From a virus: a DNA stretch of 49,693 nucleotides. The DNA lies in IMG/VR virus record IMGVR_UViG_3300048908_000031; one strand, written 5' to 3'. Of the stretch, positions 6,124-15,282 are shown piece by piece. The position numbers were made by a program, and so were the translations under genes. Position 1 is the stretch's first letter. Each line of letters opens with the position of its first letter. The notes beneath the pieces were generated by a model. The model made no database searches and was not told where the DNA came from. It was given only the letters and a program-made list of their open reading frames with translations.

Positions 6124-6420
6124 TCAGATCGAAAGAAGATCGGTCTTACGGTAGCACTCAGCCGGAAACCCGTACTCGGCACAGCTGCACGCCTCGCCGC
6201 AGCGCTCATCGCGCGATTCAATGCGCATCAAGCCATGCTTGACGGCCATGTCTTGGATGTCGCCGCCGTCAAAGCTGCCGCCCTCGAAGGCGGCGCTGAT
6301 CATTTCGTTGGCGAAGTCCTGTAACGCGTACAGACTGGCAGTTACTCGGTCGAAGTCTTCGGCGCGGACGCATTTGACACCGCGAGCATCATCCGAAAAG
6401 AATTTCTGAACATCACTCAT
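6124..6420 (-). CDS. Hypothetical protein (98 aa) with a Cys-rich C-terminus
   Basis: Start MSDVQKFF with RBS GAGGGA; ends ...ERCGEACSCAEYGFPAECYRK. Confidence 0.55.
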   Translation of the reverse strand: MSDVQKFFSDDARGVKCVRAEDFDRVTASLYALQDFANEMISAAFEGGSFDGGDIQDMAVKHGLMRIESRDERCGEACSCAEYGFPAECYRKTDLLSI

Positions 6421-6565
6421 CACTGATCCCTCTGGTATTTGGCCTGTCGCATCTTGGAGCAGGCCGAGTGGTTGCCGGATGCGCGGACCTTTCCGCACAC
6501 GTCACAGCAGTTTGATATGGCAAGGCGCGGCATGGGTGGGCGCTGGTTGCGGCGCCTGCGTGGGG

Positions 6566-8053
6566 TCATGCGACCTCCTGGTCTCCGATTTCTTTAAGCA
6601 GTCGTCGGCCAATCCAGCGAACTACGGGAACGGCTTTGCTATTTCCGATCGCCTTGTAGCGGGGGCCGTCCGGGCACTCGCTTGCTGGCTTGCCGCGCCA
6701 GGGGATGAGGGTGTAATCGTCGGCCATACCCTGTAGGCGTTCGCACTCGACTGGAGTGAGGCGGCGCACAGAGCTCGTATGCGACACAATGTTGGGGCCC
6801 AGAGCTGAGTCCGTGTTGTCGACCTGTTTGCCGTAGTTGCAGGTCAGCGTCTGGGCCACTTCTCGACATGCAACAATCGGCTGACCGCGCCCGGTGCCAT
6901 CCTCGCTGCCGTCGAAACCCTCAGCCTTCAGCGTGTGGGTGATTTCTCCAGTGATGCACACAGCTACCTGGCCGCCGGCGTTTGCATGGCTGCCTGAGTG
7001 ATTCATTGCCCGCAGAGTGGGTGCAATTACCCCGGCATCGGCGCCGTGATCCTTGCAGGAGAAAGCCAGCACTGCATTTTCCTGGCCGTTGTTTCTGCCC
7101 AGAGCGTGCGCTTGGTCAATGCTTACACAGGGGTCTTGCGTACCGTGTACTACAAAGGCTTCGCTTTCGAAGTCCATCCTTCCGCTGGCGCTGGCGCACG
7201 CATTGCGTGCTGGAGCCACCTCAATTGGGCCGCTGGTGTTGTTCCCCCCGAACACCAGAAGGGATTCTCTCGACTCATGGTCACCATATGGGTTGGTCGT
7301 TAAAGCTGCAGTTACGTGAGGGATGTCGTCGGTGCTGTATCCGCCGTTCTTTCGAGCGCCGCCAGTAAGGGTGCCGGCAACATCTTTCCCCTGGCCTCGG
7401 CGCGGCGCAGTATCCCGGCGCACGCCTTCGCGCTCAAAAAGTACCTCGGTGGGATCGAACCCGTCTCGAGCACTTGCGACAACGAACACACGACGGCGTC
7501 GTTGGGCCAGGCCGAAATATTGGGCGTCCAAGATCCGCCATGCGATTGTTCTTTGGGGTCCATACACACAACCAGCGTCCGGCCACCTTTTCCCTGAAGG
7601 CTGCAGTTCGCAGTCTTCCCCAGCAAGCGCGCCAAGAAAGCATCCGAAGGCGTTGCCTTTGTCGGAAAGGACGCCGGGGACGTTTTCCCAGACAACGACA
7701 GAGGCTGGCAGTCCTCGACTGGCTCGAACATAGTCATTTGCATCTGCAAGCTCCACGTATTTGATGGTGAGGGCGCCGCGGGGGTCGGCAAGTCCTTCGC
7801 GCATGCCGGCCACACTGAATGCCTGGCAGGGGGTTCCGCCGACCAGAACGTCCGGCGCCTCGATCTTCCCAGCAAGGACCATGGTCGCAAGCCGTGTCAT
7901 GTCGCCCAGGTTCGGCGTTTGCGGGTAGTGGTGCGCCAGTACGGCGCTGGGGAATGGATCGATTTCAGCGAACCATGCGGCCTTCATTCCGAGCGGGTGC
8001 CAAGCTACCGTAGCAGCCTCTATTCCACTGCAAATGCTTCCGTAGGTGATCAT
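6566..8053 (-). CDS. DNA (cytosine-5)-methyltransferase
   Basis: Motifs in order: I (YGSICSGIEA), IV (GGTPCQAFSVAG), VI (WENVPG), VIII (QRRRRVFVV), IX (RRLTPVECERLQG) and X (AIGNS). The variable region between VIII and IX is long. Confidence 0.95.
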   Translation of the reverse strand: MITYGSICSGIEAATVAWHPLGMKAAWFAEIDPFPSAVLAHHYPQTPNLGDMTRLATMVLAGKIEAPDVLVGGTPCQAFSVAGMREGLADPRGALTIKYVELADANDYVRASRGLPASVVVWENVPGVLSDKGNAFGCFLGALAGEDCELQPSGKRWPDAGCVYGPQRTIAWRILDAQYFGLAQRRRRVFVVASARDGFDPTEVLFEREGVRRDTAPRRGQGKDVAGTLTGGARKNGGYSTDDIPHVTAALTTNPYGDHESRESLLVFGGNNTSGPIEVAPARNACASASGRMDFESEAFVVHGTQDPCVSIDQAHALGRNNGQENAVLAFSCKDHGADAGVIAPTLRAMNHSGSHANAGGQVAVCITGEITHTLKAEGFDGSEDGTGRGQPIVACREVAQTLTCNYGKQVDNTDSALGPNIVSHTSSVRRLTPVECERLQGMADDYTLIPWRGKPASECPDGPRYKAIGNSKAVPVVRWIGRRLLKEIGDQEVA

Positions 8054-8076
8054 GGGGTCATCCAGTAAAAGAGGGG

Positions 8077-8412
8077 TTATTGCGACAGCGGCGCTAACTG
8101 CGAATCGCTCGGATTCTTCAGCAGCTCTCGGCGCGATTCGTTCTCGAAGCGACGCGCTACGGATTCGCTGATTCGTATTTTGTGGCGCGGCGGGCGAAGG
8201 AACTCAACCAGTTCGGCGTCGGTCATGGCGTCCATCTTGAGGATGGCCAGCTGGATGACTTCGCTGATCTCTGGTGTGCTCGACCGCTCACGGATTCGAT
8301 CCATTGCCGCCTCGATGCCTGGCCGTACCTTATGTCGAAGTTCCTTTTCTGCGAGCTTGCCACGCTTGGCTGCGGCCTTCTGGCTGCGCTGCTGGGTTGT
8401 CATTGCGGTCAT
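8077..8412 (-). CDS. Hypothetical protein (111 aa)
   Basis: ORF in the operon orientation; ATGA overlap with the upstream gene. Confidence 0.55.
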   Translation of the reverse strand: MTAMTTQQRSQKAAAKRGKLAEKELRHKVRPGIEAAMDRIRERSSTPEISEVIQLAILKMDAMTDAELVEFLRPPRHKIRISESVARRFENESRRELLKNPSDSQLAPLSQ

Positions 8413-8696
8413 TTCTTCTTCCTTTTCTTCGGGGTGCCACGGCCATGAGCCAGCCAGCCGGCGCCGATCACCTGGTCACCGACTTCCTTGATCAGTTCGT
8501 CCACGCGTTCATTGACGGCCGGCACCAGGTCGAACATCAGGGCGCTGGGTATCGTCATGGCGTGAACCGTCTTTTCACCGGATGGAAGGGTTAACCACAC
8601 GCTGACTTCCCAGCGAATGGGCTTCGAGGGTCGCGTACCCTTCGGCAGCGTGTGCCCGCCGTTCGGGCCGATGGTGTGCAGCACTGTCATCGTCAT
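8409..8696 (-). CDS. Hypothetical protein (~95 aa) with a Lys-rich C-terminus
   Basis: ORF with internal ATG start MTMTVLHT; the start position is uncertain (8690/8696/8750). Confidence 0.5.
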   Translation of the reverse strand: MTMTVLHTIGPNGGHTLPKGTRPSKPIRWEVSVWLTLPSGEKTVHAMTIPSALMFDLVPAVNERVDELIKEVGDQVIGAGWLAHGRGTPKKRKKK

Positions 8697-8768
8697 GGGA
8701 TAGCCCGCTCGGGGTGATGTTGATGTGGGATTGCCGGCGTCGTGCGGCAACCCTTGAACTGATGCGCT

Positions 8769-9254
8769 TCACTTCTTGAATTCGATCCCGTAGGTGGCGA
8801 TCAATCGTTTCGCCTTGTGATGGCCGATACCGATGTGGTTGGCGGCGAGGGTCTTTTTAATACCGACCCCGGCCAGCGCCTTGAGTCGTTCGGCCAGCTT
8901 GGCGTCCTCGACCGGATCGATAACGCAGGAGCCACGGCTTTTCTGGTTTTTACCGGTACCGGAAACGCACTTGATGCCATTGTCCCGGCAGGTCCGGTTG
9001 ATCCTGTCGAGCGACACGCCCAGACGCATGACCATCTGCGTCTTGCTCATCGTCTTGCCCATTTCGCGGACTTGCTCGACGAATGCGCGGCGATCGCGTT
9101 CTTCCTGCGAGATAAGCGGCTCGATGCGCGGCGGTTTGGGCTGGTCCTGGTACGCCTCGATTTCCTCGACCTTGCCGCCTGAGCGGAAAAATGCTGCCTG
9201 TGCGGCGGCCAGCGCTGATCTGTCGACCTGTCTGATGTCGTTGTATTGGTTCAT
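8769..9254 (-). CDS. Hypothetical protein with two HTH-like segments
   Basis: Start MNQYNDIRQ. The segments are MSKTQMVMRLGVSLDRINRTCRDNGI and GIKKTLAANHIGIGHHKAKRLIATYGI. Confidence 0.5.
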   Translation of the reverse strand: MNQYNDIRQVDRSALAAAQAAFFRSGGKVEEIEAYQDQPKPPRIEPLISQEERDRRAFVEQVREMGKTMSKTQMVMRLGVSLDRINRTCRDNGIKCVSGTGKNQKSRGSCVIDPVEDAKLAERLKALAGVGIKKTLAANHIGIGHHKAKRLIATYGIEFKK

Positions 9255-9308
9255 ATGGCACCCAAAAGAAAGGGCGCTCATTGGCGCCCAGTTGGTTTGA
9301 TTGGTTGG

Positions 9309-9989
9309 TTACTTCTTCAGCGCCTTGACCAGGTACGGGTCGACGTCAGCCTGGCGCAGCAGCCATAACTTGTAATCGGCAGGGATGTCGGCGATTTTCG
9401 ATCCGGCGTGCTTGCCGAAGCGGATCACAGTCGGAATTCGCGCCTCTTCTGAGATTTCCCACAACCTTTCCCAGCTTCCCACTTCCTGGCCAGGCTCAAA
9501 GATCAGACGATTGACGATCGCGATCAGCAGACGGCGGCAGTTGTGCACGTCGTCGAGTGCGGCGTGAGCGTTCTTTAGCAGCTCGCGCGCCTGGTCCCGG
9601 TAGTGCAGGTAGATCATCGCCGATTGGCTGTGCGAGTCGGCATCCGGCCAGAGCGAACGGCTCAGCGCCTGGGTGCAGATGCGTTTCACGTCAGGCTGAC
9701 CGATCACGCTCCAGTCATAGTCGACGTTGTGGCCGATGATGTAGGTGGTGCCGGCGGGAAGTGCGAACTCGGTGTGCGGCGGGCAGTCGACCAGATCTTC
9801 GTCGAGGATATGTGCGGTAGCCAGGGCGCTAAGCTCAATCGGCTTGTTTGGCTTGTAGCGCTGAAGGAATTGCTCAGCGACCGTCAGCGTCTGGATGCTT
9901 TCCAGTCGAAGCCATGCCGCCTCAGTTGGCTGCGGCTCTTTCAGGCCGGTTGTTTCGAAATCGAGAATAATTGCTGTCATGTAGGTCAT
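9309..9989 (-). CDS. DnaQ-like 3'-5' exonuclease with a DUF3820-like C-terminal domain
   Basis: Exo I ILDFETTGL, Exo II GHNVDYDWSV, Exo III HAALDDVHNC. C-terminal FGKHAGSKIADIPADYKLWLL. Confidence 0.85.
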   Translation of the reverse strand: MTYMTAIILDFETTGLKEPQPTEAAWLRLESIQTLTVAEQFLQRYKPNKPIELSALATAHILDEDLVDCPPHTEFALPAGTTYIIGHNVDYDWSVIGQPDVKRICTQALSRSLWPDADSHSQSAMIYLHYRDQARELLKNAHAALDDVHNCRRLLIAIVNRLIFEPGQEVGSWERLWEISEEARIPTVIRFGKHAGSKIADIPADYKLWLLRQADVDPYLVKALKK

Positions 9990-10058
9990 CCGTTTTCAGG
10001 TGTGGTGGGTTGCCGGCAGCTGGGGCGCTGCCGGGTATTGCTCGGGGCGGATTATCGA

Positions 10059-10703
10059 TCAATCAAATGGAATGTCATCGAAGTCCGGCGCGTCGTCCAT
10101 TGGGCCGGTCTGGTAGTTCGTCGACTGGACCTGTTGGTTGCGCAGCTTGCGTACCGGGTTCTTCGCAATGAACGCCATAAAGCCGCCGAGCGACGAAGGC
10201 TTGGTCTGTTTGGACAGGATTTCAGCGGCCATCAGTTCGGTGCTGTACTCGAACGGGGCGGCAATGATCATTCTCTCGCCGATTTCACCACTCTGCTTCT
10301 GGTATTCCTCCTGCTGGAGAACCAGGCCGAGCTTCTTTCCTTTCAGCTCAATGGCGCACTCTTTCTGCTTGGGCACCATGATCTTCTGGTCGTAGTCGTA
10401 AAGCTCGATGGTTTCCTGTTTCCAGTTCAGCGACTTTACCTTGGCGCAAGTCATCAGCGCATTGAGCTGCTTGTACCCGGCCAGGGTTTCCCCGCTGCCG
10501 TTGTGCGTGTACAGGTTGAGTGGCCCGCATTCCTGGCCGTTGTCACCGATAAACATCAGGTTCACGCTTTCGGTGCCTTTCGGGTTTTTCTCGTAGAACG
10601 CCGCAGTAACGGTGCCCATGTACTTGCCGGTTTCCGTGATGCGCTTGCCGCCAGTGTTCGCTTCTTTAGCTGCCTGGGTGTCAAGGTTGTATGCGCGTGC
10701 CAT
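10059..10703 (-). CDS. Phage ssDNA-binding protein (DUF669-like) with an acidic SSB-type tail
   Basis: The C-terminus is DDAPDFDDIPFD. The gene lies directly downstream of a Sak4-like ATPase. Confidence 0.7.
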   Translation of the reverse strand: MARAYNLDTQAAKEANTGGKRITETGKYMGTVTAAFYEKNPKGTESVNLMFIGDNGQECGPLNLYTHNGSGETLAGYKQLNALMTCAKVKSLNWKQETIELYDYDQKIMVPKQKECAIELKGKKLGLVLQQEEYQKQSGEIGERMIIAAPFEYSTELMAAEILSKQTKPSSLGGFMAFIAKNPVRKLRNQQVQSTNYQTGPMDDAPDFDDIPFD

Positions 10704-10784
10704 ATAGTGCCTCCAAGGGCCTTAGTTTCGGTTGTGTTGGTGCTGCTGGGTTGGCTCGACCCATTAACTGTGTCGGGCGGTGAC

Positions 10785-11435
10785 TCAGGCCTGAACAGTT
10801 AGGCCGTAAAACTCGCTTATCGCCTCATCGACCTTCGCCAGGTCATTGTCAATACTTCTGTCTTCGAACATGCCAATTGGGCTCTTGCAGCAGTCCTGGC
10901 CGTTCGTTTGCGTGCTGAACTGGTAATCGCCACTGGTGACCTCAGTCCTGAGTACGATCGTAAAGAACCCCTCAGGCACCAGCGTACTGTCGACGAGCTT
11001 GCCTACCGTTTTCATTCGGACATTCCCAAAGTCGTCGGTCTGCGTGTGGGCCAGGATGTAAACCCGGCGATGGTCTGCCAGGTCACCAGCTGCGTTGAAG
11101 ATGTTCCAAGCGTTTTTGCCGATGTCGGAGAACTTCGTGTAGCCAGTTTCACTGCTCCGGGTCATCAGCTCATTGACCATCACCGCTTGGTAGTCATCGA
11201 TCACGACCACATCATGGGGTGAGTTGCGCATGATCTTCTCAATCATGGCCGGGTTGTCGGTTCGGATGACGTTGCCCGCATCCTTCATGGTTGCTCGGAC
11301 CTTCCAGCCTGGCGCCTTGAACGGCAATGGCTTCTTGATGCACTGGATGACCAGGGTTTTCTTCGGATCAAGGTTCCGAAGGCTCGTTGATTTACCGCTG
11401 CCAGAGTTGCCTAAAATCAGAGTCGCGATGCTCAT
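10785..11435 (-). CDS. Sak4-like RecA-fold ATPase (single-strand annealing/recombination)
   Basis: Walker A LILGNSGSGKST and Walker B-like VVVIDDY. The context is DUF1351, then this ATPase, then DUF669 SSB, then the exonuclease. Confidence 0.75.
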   Translation of the reverse strand: MSIATLILGNSGSGKSTSLRNLDPKKTLVIQCIKKPLPFKAPGWKVRATMKDAGNVIRTDNPAMIEKIMRNSPHDVVVIDDYQAVMVNELMTRSSETGYTKFSDIGKNAWNIFNAAGDLADHRRVYILAHTQTDDFGNVRMKTVGKLVDSTLVPEGFFTIVLRTEVTSGDYQFSTQTNGQDCCKSPIGMFEDRSIDNDLAKVDEAISEFYGLTVQA

Positions 11436-11444
11436 TTGTCTGCC

Positions 11445-11588
11445 TCAGATTGGTTGCCTATCCCATTCCCGCTCAATGCGGGCGGCTTCGTCTTCATATT
11501 CCCGGCGCTGCTCACCCGTGAACTGCTCGGGCGAGAAGGCGCCGACCGTGGCCCAGTCGAGCTGGGCGGTCATGCGTGGCGAGTTCAT
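11445..11588 (-). CDS. Small hypothetical protein (42-47 aa), not in the ORF track
   Basis: Product is MNSPRMTAQLDWATVGAFSPEQFTGEQRREYEDEAARIEREWDRQPI. It fills the gap between two genes on the same strand. Confidence 0.35.
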   Translation of the reverse strand: MNSPRMTAQLDWATVGAFSPEQFTGEQRREYEDEAARIEREWDRQPI

Positions 11589-11596
11589 GCTGAGCC

Positions 11597-12706
11597 TCAG
11601 TAGGCGATGGTCACGCCGGGGATGACGCGGCTTGCGATCAGAACGACTGCCTGCTTTGCACAGGCCTCAGTCATACCGCCCTTGATGAATGCCTCCATGG
11701 CCTCCCGGTTGATCTTGCCCCGGTGGGCTTTGTCGGCTTCGCGCAGGTTCTGCTGGCGAATGATTTCGTCGGCTGCGGCCTGTTGGCGGTCCACTTCATC
11801 CTGTTTGGCCTTCTCAACTGCCGCTTTCTGGCTTTCGATAGCGGCCAGTCGGTCGCGCTCGGCCTTCTGCTCTGCCTCTACCTTTTCGCGCTTTGCCAGT
11901 TCGGCTTTTCGCTCGGATTCGGCGGCGACCAGCTTCAGGTCGTTCTCGCGCTTCTCGGCAGCAGCTTGCTCGTCCTTGACACGCTGAGCTTCTGCATCAC
12001 GTTCACGCTGAGCCTTTTCTTCAGCTTCACGGGTGGCGCGTTCGGCTGCCTCGCGGGCAATGCGGTCTTCGTGGTCCTTCTTGTCACGGTCTTCCTTCTC
12101 TTTGCGAAGGCGTGCCAGCTCCAGCTGCTCAGCTTCGTACTGCTGGCGCGTGGTCAATGCGGCGTTCAATGTTACCAGCGCTGATTCCTTGGCCAGCGCG
12201 GCGTCAACCTGGAACTCTGCCCACTTGTCCGCGATGATTACCCACTCAGCCGAAGCGATGCGGGATTCAAGTTCCGCAACCGTCAGCCCATCCAAGTCCG
12301 CGGCCAACGCTGCAATCTTGGCGATGTCGTCCTTGATGGACGCAATCCGTCGTTCTTCCGCCGCCTCCCAGTCGTCCAACGGCTTGCGAACTTCCTTCTG
12401 CCACAGCTCCAGGGTGTCCCACACGCGCTTACGCTCGGCGTCGATGCGCTTCGGCACTTCCTTCTGCTGGGCCGACAGCTCCTTGCCCACGGCATCCAGC
12501 GCCGTCTTCGACTTGGCGACCTTGTGGGCCATTGAGGCGTACAGGTCGCGACCCTTCTTGGTGGTCAGGTCCGGCAGCACCGACAGGAATTTGTCGACCT
12601 CGGCGCGGATCTGGCCCAGCCACGGGTCAAGCCCGTTCGCAGCGCTGTACACGGTCAGGGCGGTTTCTTTCGGCGGGACGGCCGCCAGTTCAGTAGTTGC
12701 AGACAT
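11597..12706 (-). CDS. DUF1351-like coiled-coil protein of the recombination module
   Basis: 369 aa with a long E/K/A/R-rich coiled-coil centre; lies upstream of the Sak4-like ATPase. Confidence 0.6.
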   Translation of the reverse strand: MSATTELAAVPPKETALTVYSAANGLDPWLGQIRAEVDKFLSVLPDLTTKKGRDLYASMAHKVAKSKTALDAVGKELSAQQKEVPKRIDAERKRVWDTLELWQKEVRKPLDDWEAAEERRIASIKDDIAKIAALAADLDGLTVAELESRIASAEWVIIADKWAEFQVDAALAKESALVTLNAALTTRQQYEAEQLELARLRKEKEDRDKKDHEDRIAREAAERATREAEEKAQRERDAEAQRVKDEQAAAEKRENDLKLVAAESERKAELAKREKVEAEQKAERDRLAAIESQKAAVEKAKQDEVDRQQAAADEIIRQQNLREADKAHRGKINREAMEAFIKGGMTEACAKQAVVLIASRVIPGVTIAY

Positions 12707-12767
12707 GCGTGTATCTCCCGCGCCATCCGGGACCGGGGCGCTGCTTGAGTTAGTTGGGTGGAGGGGG

Positions 12768-13025
12768 TTACTTGGCGGCTTTCTTGAGCGCTTGAGTCAG
12801 CATTCGGTAGTAGCGTGCGAACCGCTCCGGCTGTTCATCCTCGAATCGCCAGCCAGGATCTCGGCACCAACCACATTCTTCCTCTGAGCAATCGTGCGCA
12901 GGTTCGTCCCGGATATGCTTCTTGATGATCGCCCGTGCCTCGGCATTGATCGCTGCGGGCTTCGTGAGGAATCGCCGTCGAGCTGTAGGAGCGAAGTAGA
13001 CCTTCGCCTGCTGGGTGGCAATCAT
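12768..13025 (-). CDS. Hypothetical protein (~85 aa)
   Basis: ORF with RBS GGGGAG before MIATQQ. Confidence 0.5.
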   Translation of the reverse strand: MIATQQAKVYFAPTARRRFLTKPAAINAEARAIIKKHIRDEPAHDCSEEECGWCRDPGWRFEDEQPERFARYYRMLTQALKKAAK

Positions 13026-13027
13026 GG

Positions 13028-13183
13028 TCAGTCTCCCCAATATGACCAGTCTTCATGCAGAGCATCTTTCGGCGACCAGCCTGGGAATGTCTCATGAAGG
13101 CTTTCGACGTAAGACCAATTCGCCCAGCCCATGGTCTTGTGCATGTACAGGTAGCCTCGAAGGATCCAAATGAACTTGCTCAT
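13028..13183 (-). CDS. Small hypothetical protein (51 aa), Trp-rich, not in the ORF track
   Basis: Product is MSKFIWILRGYLYMHKTMGWANWSYVESLHETFPGWSPKDALHEDWSYWGD. It has an ATGA overlap upstream, and its stop is 2 nt before the next start. Confidence 0.45.
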   Translation of the reverse strand: MSKFIWILRGYLYMHKTMGWANWSYVESLHETFPGWSPKDALHEDWSYWGD

Positions 13184-13377
13184 ACCCGTCGCTCCCGCAC
13201 CGCAATTCTTCTGCCCTTCATGGTCGCCGCCAGTTGCACCGGCAGATCCGCGACCAGAAACCCGCGCTCCCGGCCAATCACTTCGTTGAACGGCAGGCCG
13301 AAGGCGATGATCGCCAGTCTTCTTTCGATGAGTTCAATCTCTTCGTCGATCAGGGACTTCACTGGGGAAGTGGTCAT
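13180..13377 (-). CDS. Hypothetical protein (65 aa)
   Basis: ORF with ATGA overlaps at both ends. Confidence 0.5.
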   Translation of the reverse strand: MTTSPVKSLIDEEIELIERRLAIIAFGLPFNEVIGRERGFLVADLPVQLAATMKGRRIAVRERRV

Positions 13378-13946
13378 TTGGCAGCCTCCTTGCGATAGCC
13401 AATGTCGTAGAGGTATTTGGCCATCTCGATGTCGCGGACGGCGATGTGCTGGTCATGTCCTGCGAGGATTCCGGCCAGCTCGACAGATGCCTTGTCGCGC
13501 TCATCCGCTGCGTTCTGCTCTAGCGTGCGGATTGGCCGGAATGAAATTTCACCCTCGCCATCACCAACAACGCCGGTCTGCTCGCCCTTGAGGTGTGGTG
13601 GGAACATTACGACTTCGACAGGACAGTCATGGTACGGGGTCGTGATGTAGCGAATTTCACATTCGAACCAAGGCCCTTGGCCAACGCGATACTCACAAAC
13701 CGTCCCGACTGGTGGAGGGCTGTAGCCGAACCATGACACTGGCCGCGCAATCATCCGACCCCGTACATCACTCAGAACAGTCGGTTTTTTGATGTTTTTC
13801 AGACGACCATCTTCCAGAACCGACCACGCCTCCGTGAATTTCCCGCCTTCCTCCCGCCAGAAAACTGCTAGCCATACGCCGCTGTCGTCGAGCGGGTGCG
13901 TGTAATGGGTCGCCCCTTCCGGCGCCTTACTCCAGTCGATAGTCAT
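13374..13946 (-). CDS. Hypothetical protein (190 aa)
   Basis: Internal start MTIDWSKAPEG forms an ATGA overlap with the upstream stop. The longer 274-aa form has a non-protein-like N-terminus. Confidence 0.55.
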   Translation of the reverse strand: MTIDWSKAPEGATHYTHPLDDSGVWLAVFWREEGGKFTEAWSVLEDGRLKNIKKPTVLSDVRGRMIARPVSWFGYSPPPVGTVCEYRVGQGPWFECEIRYITTPYHDCPVEVVMFPPHLKGEQTGVVGDGEGEISFRPIRTLEQNAADERDKASVELAGILAGHDQHIAVRDIEMAKYLYDIGYRKEAAK

Positions 13947-14164
13947 GCTGCCTTCCCCTTCAAAAGTTCGACATACCGCGTCATTTCCAGCCCGCGAATC
14001 GTTTTGGTGTAGGTGTCGCGCTCGGCGCCGGTGATCGCGTCCAGGCTGTGCGCCATGAACACCGCCATTCGCGCAACCGAGGCGGCCATGACCGGGAATT
14101 CGGTGCCGGGTATCGTCTCGATTTCCTTTTCGATCATGTGCACTGCAGTGTCGTGCGTGTTCAT
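13943..14164 (-). CDS. Hypothetical protein (73 aa)
   Basis: Internal start MNTHDTAVHMIEKE forms an ATGA overlap with the upstream stop. Confidence 0.5.
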   Translation of the reverse strand: MNTHDTAVHMIEKEIETIPGTEFPVMAASVARMAVFMAHSLDAITGAERDTYTKTIRGLEMTRYVELLKGKAA

Positions 14165-14397
14165 TCCTTGACTCCGTTGTATCCGAAGAAGTCGCCAATC
14201 TGCTCGACCGCAGCGCTGATCCGCAGAGCTGTAGCCTTGCGTTCCGCCCGAAGAATCTTCCTTCGTTCGTCGAGCTGCCGGGTCTGTTCCTCGTAGTCGT
14301 GGAACTGGTCGGCCTGTACCTTTTTCGGTCGCCCGTAGGCGTCGTAGCGCCGGTCCCACTCTCGGGCTTGGGCGCTGTCTGCGTAGCTTGTAGCCAT
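14161..14397 (-). CDS. Hypothetical protein (78 aa)
   Basis: ORF in the operon orientation. Confidence 0.5.
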   Translation of the reverse strand: MATSYADSAQAREWDRRYDAYGRPKKVQADQFHDYEEQTRQLDERRKILRAERKATALRISAAVEQIGDFFGYNGVKE

Positions 14398-14426
14398 GTG
14401 ATACCTCCTTTGAGTGGGCGTTGTGG

Positions 14427-14861
14427 TCAGTCGGTGTAGGCGATGTATTTGAAGCGGCCGTTTTCTTCGTCAAAGCGCTCAAACCGGCCGCCGAACGTTC
14501 CACGAACCTTTTTCTCAACTTCCTTGATATCGGTACCGACAGGGAAAACCCCTTCCTTGATCATCGAGCAGCTGCTGTGGAGCCTGTCCACCCAATCGAT
14601 TTTCGTCTGGTCTAGAACGCGCGGCCTAGTTTCGATGTATGGCACCGGGCCGCCCATGCTGATAGACGAGATTTCACGAACACACAGCGGATCATCAGCA
14701 GCGCGCCACCCGCAGTCATGGCAGTGCATGTCGGCGTTTTCGTGGCCCCAGCAGGGTGCGGATATGTGGCAGCTGCAATCCTTGGGAGGCTCGATCGCGA
14801 TTACGCCTTCGCAGGCATCGCGACCACATACTTCACCTTCGCAATATCCGAACTTCGACAT
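14427..14861 (-). CDS. Cys/His-rich hypothetical protein (144 aa), possible zinc-binding
   Basis: The N-terminal half has 11 Cys, including CEGEVCGRDAC, CSCH and CHDC. Confidence 0.55.
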   Translation of the reverse strand: MSKFGYCEGEVCGRDACEGVIAIEPPKDCSCHISAPCWGHENADMHCHDCGWRAADDPLCVREISSISMGGPVPYIETRPRVLDQTKIDWVDRLHSSCSMIKEGVFPVGTDIKEVEKKVRGTFGGRFERFDEENGRFKYIAYTD

Positions 14862-14874
14862 GACTTACTCCTTC

Positions 14875-15006
14875 TCAGGCGATGTACCCGCCCGGCATAG
14901 TGAAAACGATCCGTTGCGCAACCGGTGCATGCATCCGCCCCTTGGCGCAGTCGTGAAGATCGGGGCGAGCTTTCCTGACGGTCTTGCGTGGGGTAGTGGC
15001 TTGCAT
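14875..15006 (-). CDS. Small basic hypothetical protein (43 aa), not in the ORF track
   Basis: Product is MQATTPRKTVRKARPDLHDCAKGRMHAPVAQRIVFTMPGGYIA, preceded by a strong RBS GGAGGA. Confidence 0.45.
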   Translation of the reverse strand: MQATTPRKTVRKARPDLHDCAKGRMHAPVAQRIVFTMPGGYIA

Positions 15007-15106
15007 GATTCCTCCGGGATGCGTCTGTAATTAGTCCTTGCGGCTTGCGACAGCGGGTGTCCGTCGTCTCTCTAATGCGAGCGCTTTAGCTTCCATGTCT
15101 GACTCC

Positions 15107-15274
15107 CTACCAGGCGCCGAACCAAGCGCCAGTGCCGTGAACGATGGCCACCGGGAAGAACAATGCCCCAGCCACCAGAAAGCCCCAGCTCGCCGCCTTG
15201 AGGCAGACGATGACGTGGGTGAACCAGGCGGCGATCGCCCAGAGCAGGACAAACAAGCCGATGTGATGCTTCAT
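15107..15274 (-). CDS. Small two-TM membrane protein (55 aa), first gene of the leftward operon, not in the ORF track
   Basis: Product is MKHHIGLFVLLWAIAAWFTHVIVCLKAASWGFLVAGALFFPVAIVHGTGAWFGAW with RBS GGAG. It is preferred over the overlapping 73-aa ORF 15031..15252. Confidence 0.5.
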   Translation of the reverse strand: MKHHIGLFVLLWAIAAWFTHVIVCLKAASWGFLVAGALFFPVAIVHGTGAWFGAW

Positions 15275-15282
15275 GCGTGCTT

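Noticed and set aside
9603-10802. 399-aa plus-strand ORF
   Set aside because: It is antisense to the exonuclease and SSB genes, which have clear catalytic motifs. This is a shadow ORF.
15031-15252. 73-aa minus-strand ORF from the track
   Set aside because: The sequence is Ser/Arg/Pro-rich and non-protein-like. The alternative frame gives a clean 55-aa two-TM protein with an RBS (15107..15274).
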